NCBI RefSeq assembly: GCF_009914755.1
Contig: NC_060935.1
Length of the DNA stretch: 64,000 nucleotides
Reading direction: 5' to 3' (one strand)
From: the human T2T-CHM13v2.0 reference genome, Homo sapiens
Positions 63,851-64,000 of this stretch are shown here, piece after piece. Below the pieces are notes generated by a model. It made no database searches, had not been told where the DNA came from, and worked only from the letters and a program-made list of their open reading frames with translations. Positions within the stretch are counted from its first letter, which is position 1; every line of letters starts with the position of its first letter. A program made the position numbers and the translations under genes.

Positions 63851-64000
63851 TAAAATATAAAAAATTTTTCATCTCAAATAATTTATAAATGTTTATTTTT
63901 TTAAGATAACATTTACTGCTGTCAGGAGACTCAAATTGTTCATAAAATCTGCTCCTTATAGTATGAGTTTATATAGGTGGTATTAACATATTTATATTAT

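Overview
This is AT-rich, CpG-depleted primate (almost certainly human) genomic DNA lying wholly inside the PRMT3 gene (protein arginine N-methyltransferase 3) on the + strand. Six coding exons (66, 122, 100, 79, 188 and 87 nt) have canonical AG/GT ends and splice into one open frame of 214 codons, from [11 protein letters not shown] to ITRTSMCT. This covers the SAM-binding motif VLDVGCGTG and the double-E loop SEWMGYFLLFE. About 99% of the window is intron filled with Alu, L1, MIR, L2, an LTR and fossil DNA transposons (MER2, MER1B, MER20, MER58A, Tigger4a). Repeat family calls come from recalled consensus sequences, and old-repeat boundaries are approximate. I see no evidence for a new multi-gene system. 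The most unusual signals are local rearrangement scars: a near-perfect ~97-bp copy of a sequence 1.45 kb away with its first half inverted (42114-42210), a 42-bp-arm fold-back inverted repeat (46554-46695), an in-place micro-inversion of an Alu tail (61501-61524) and a fusion of two oppositely oriented Alu 5' ends (6374-6455). There are also two splicing hypotheses: an in-frame 15-nt microexon candidate that would split the catalytic double-E loop, and a potential re-splicing site at the start of the 122-nt exon.
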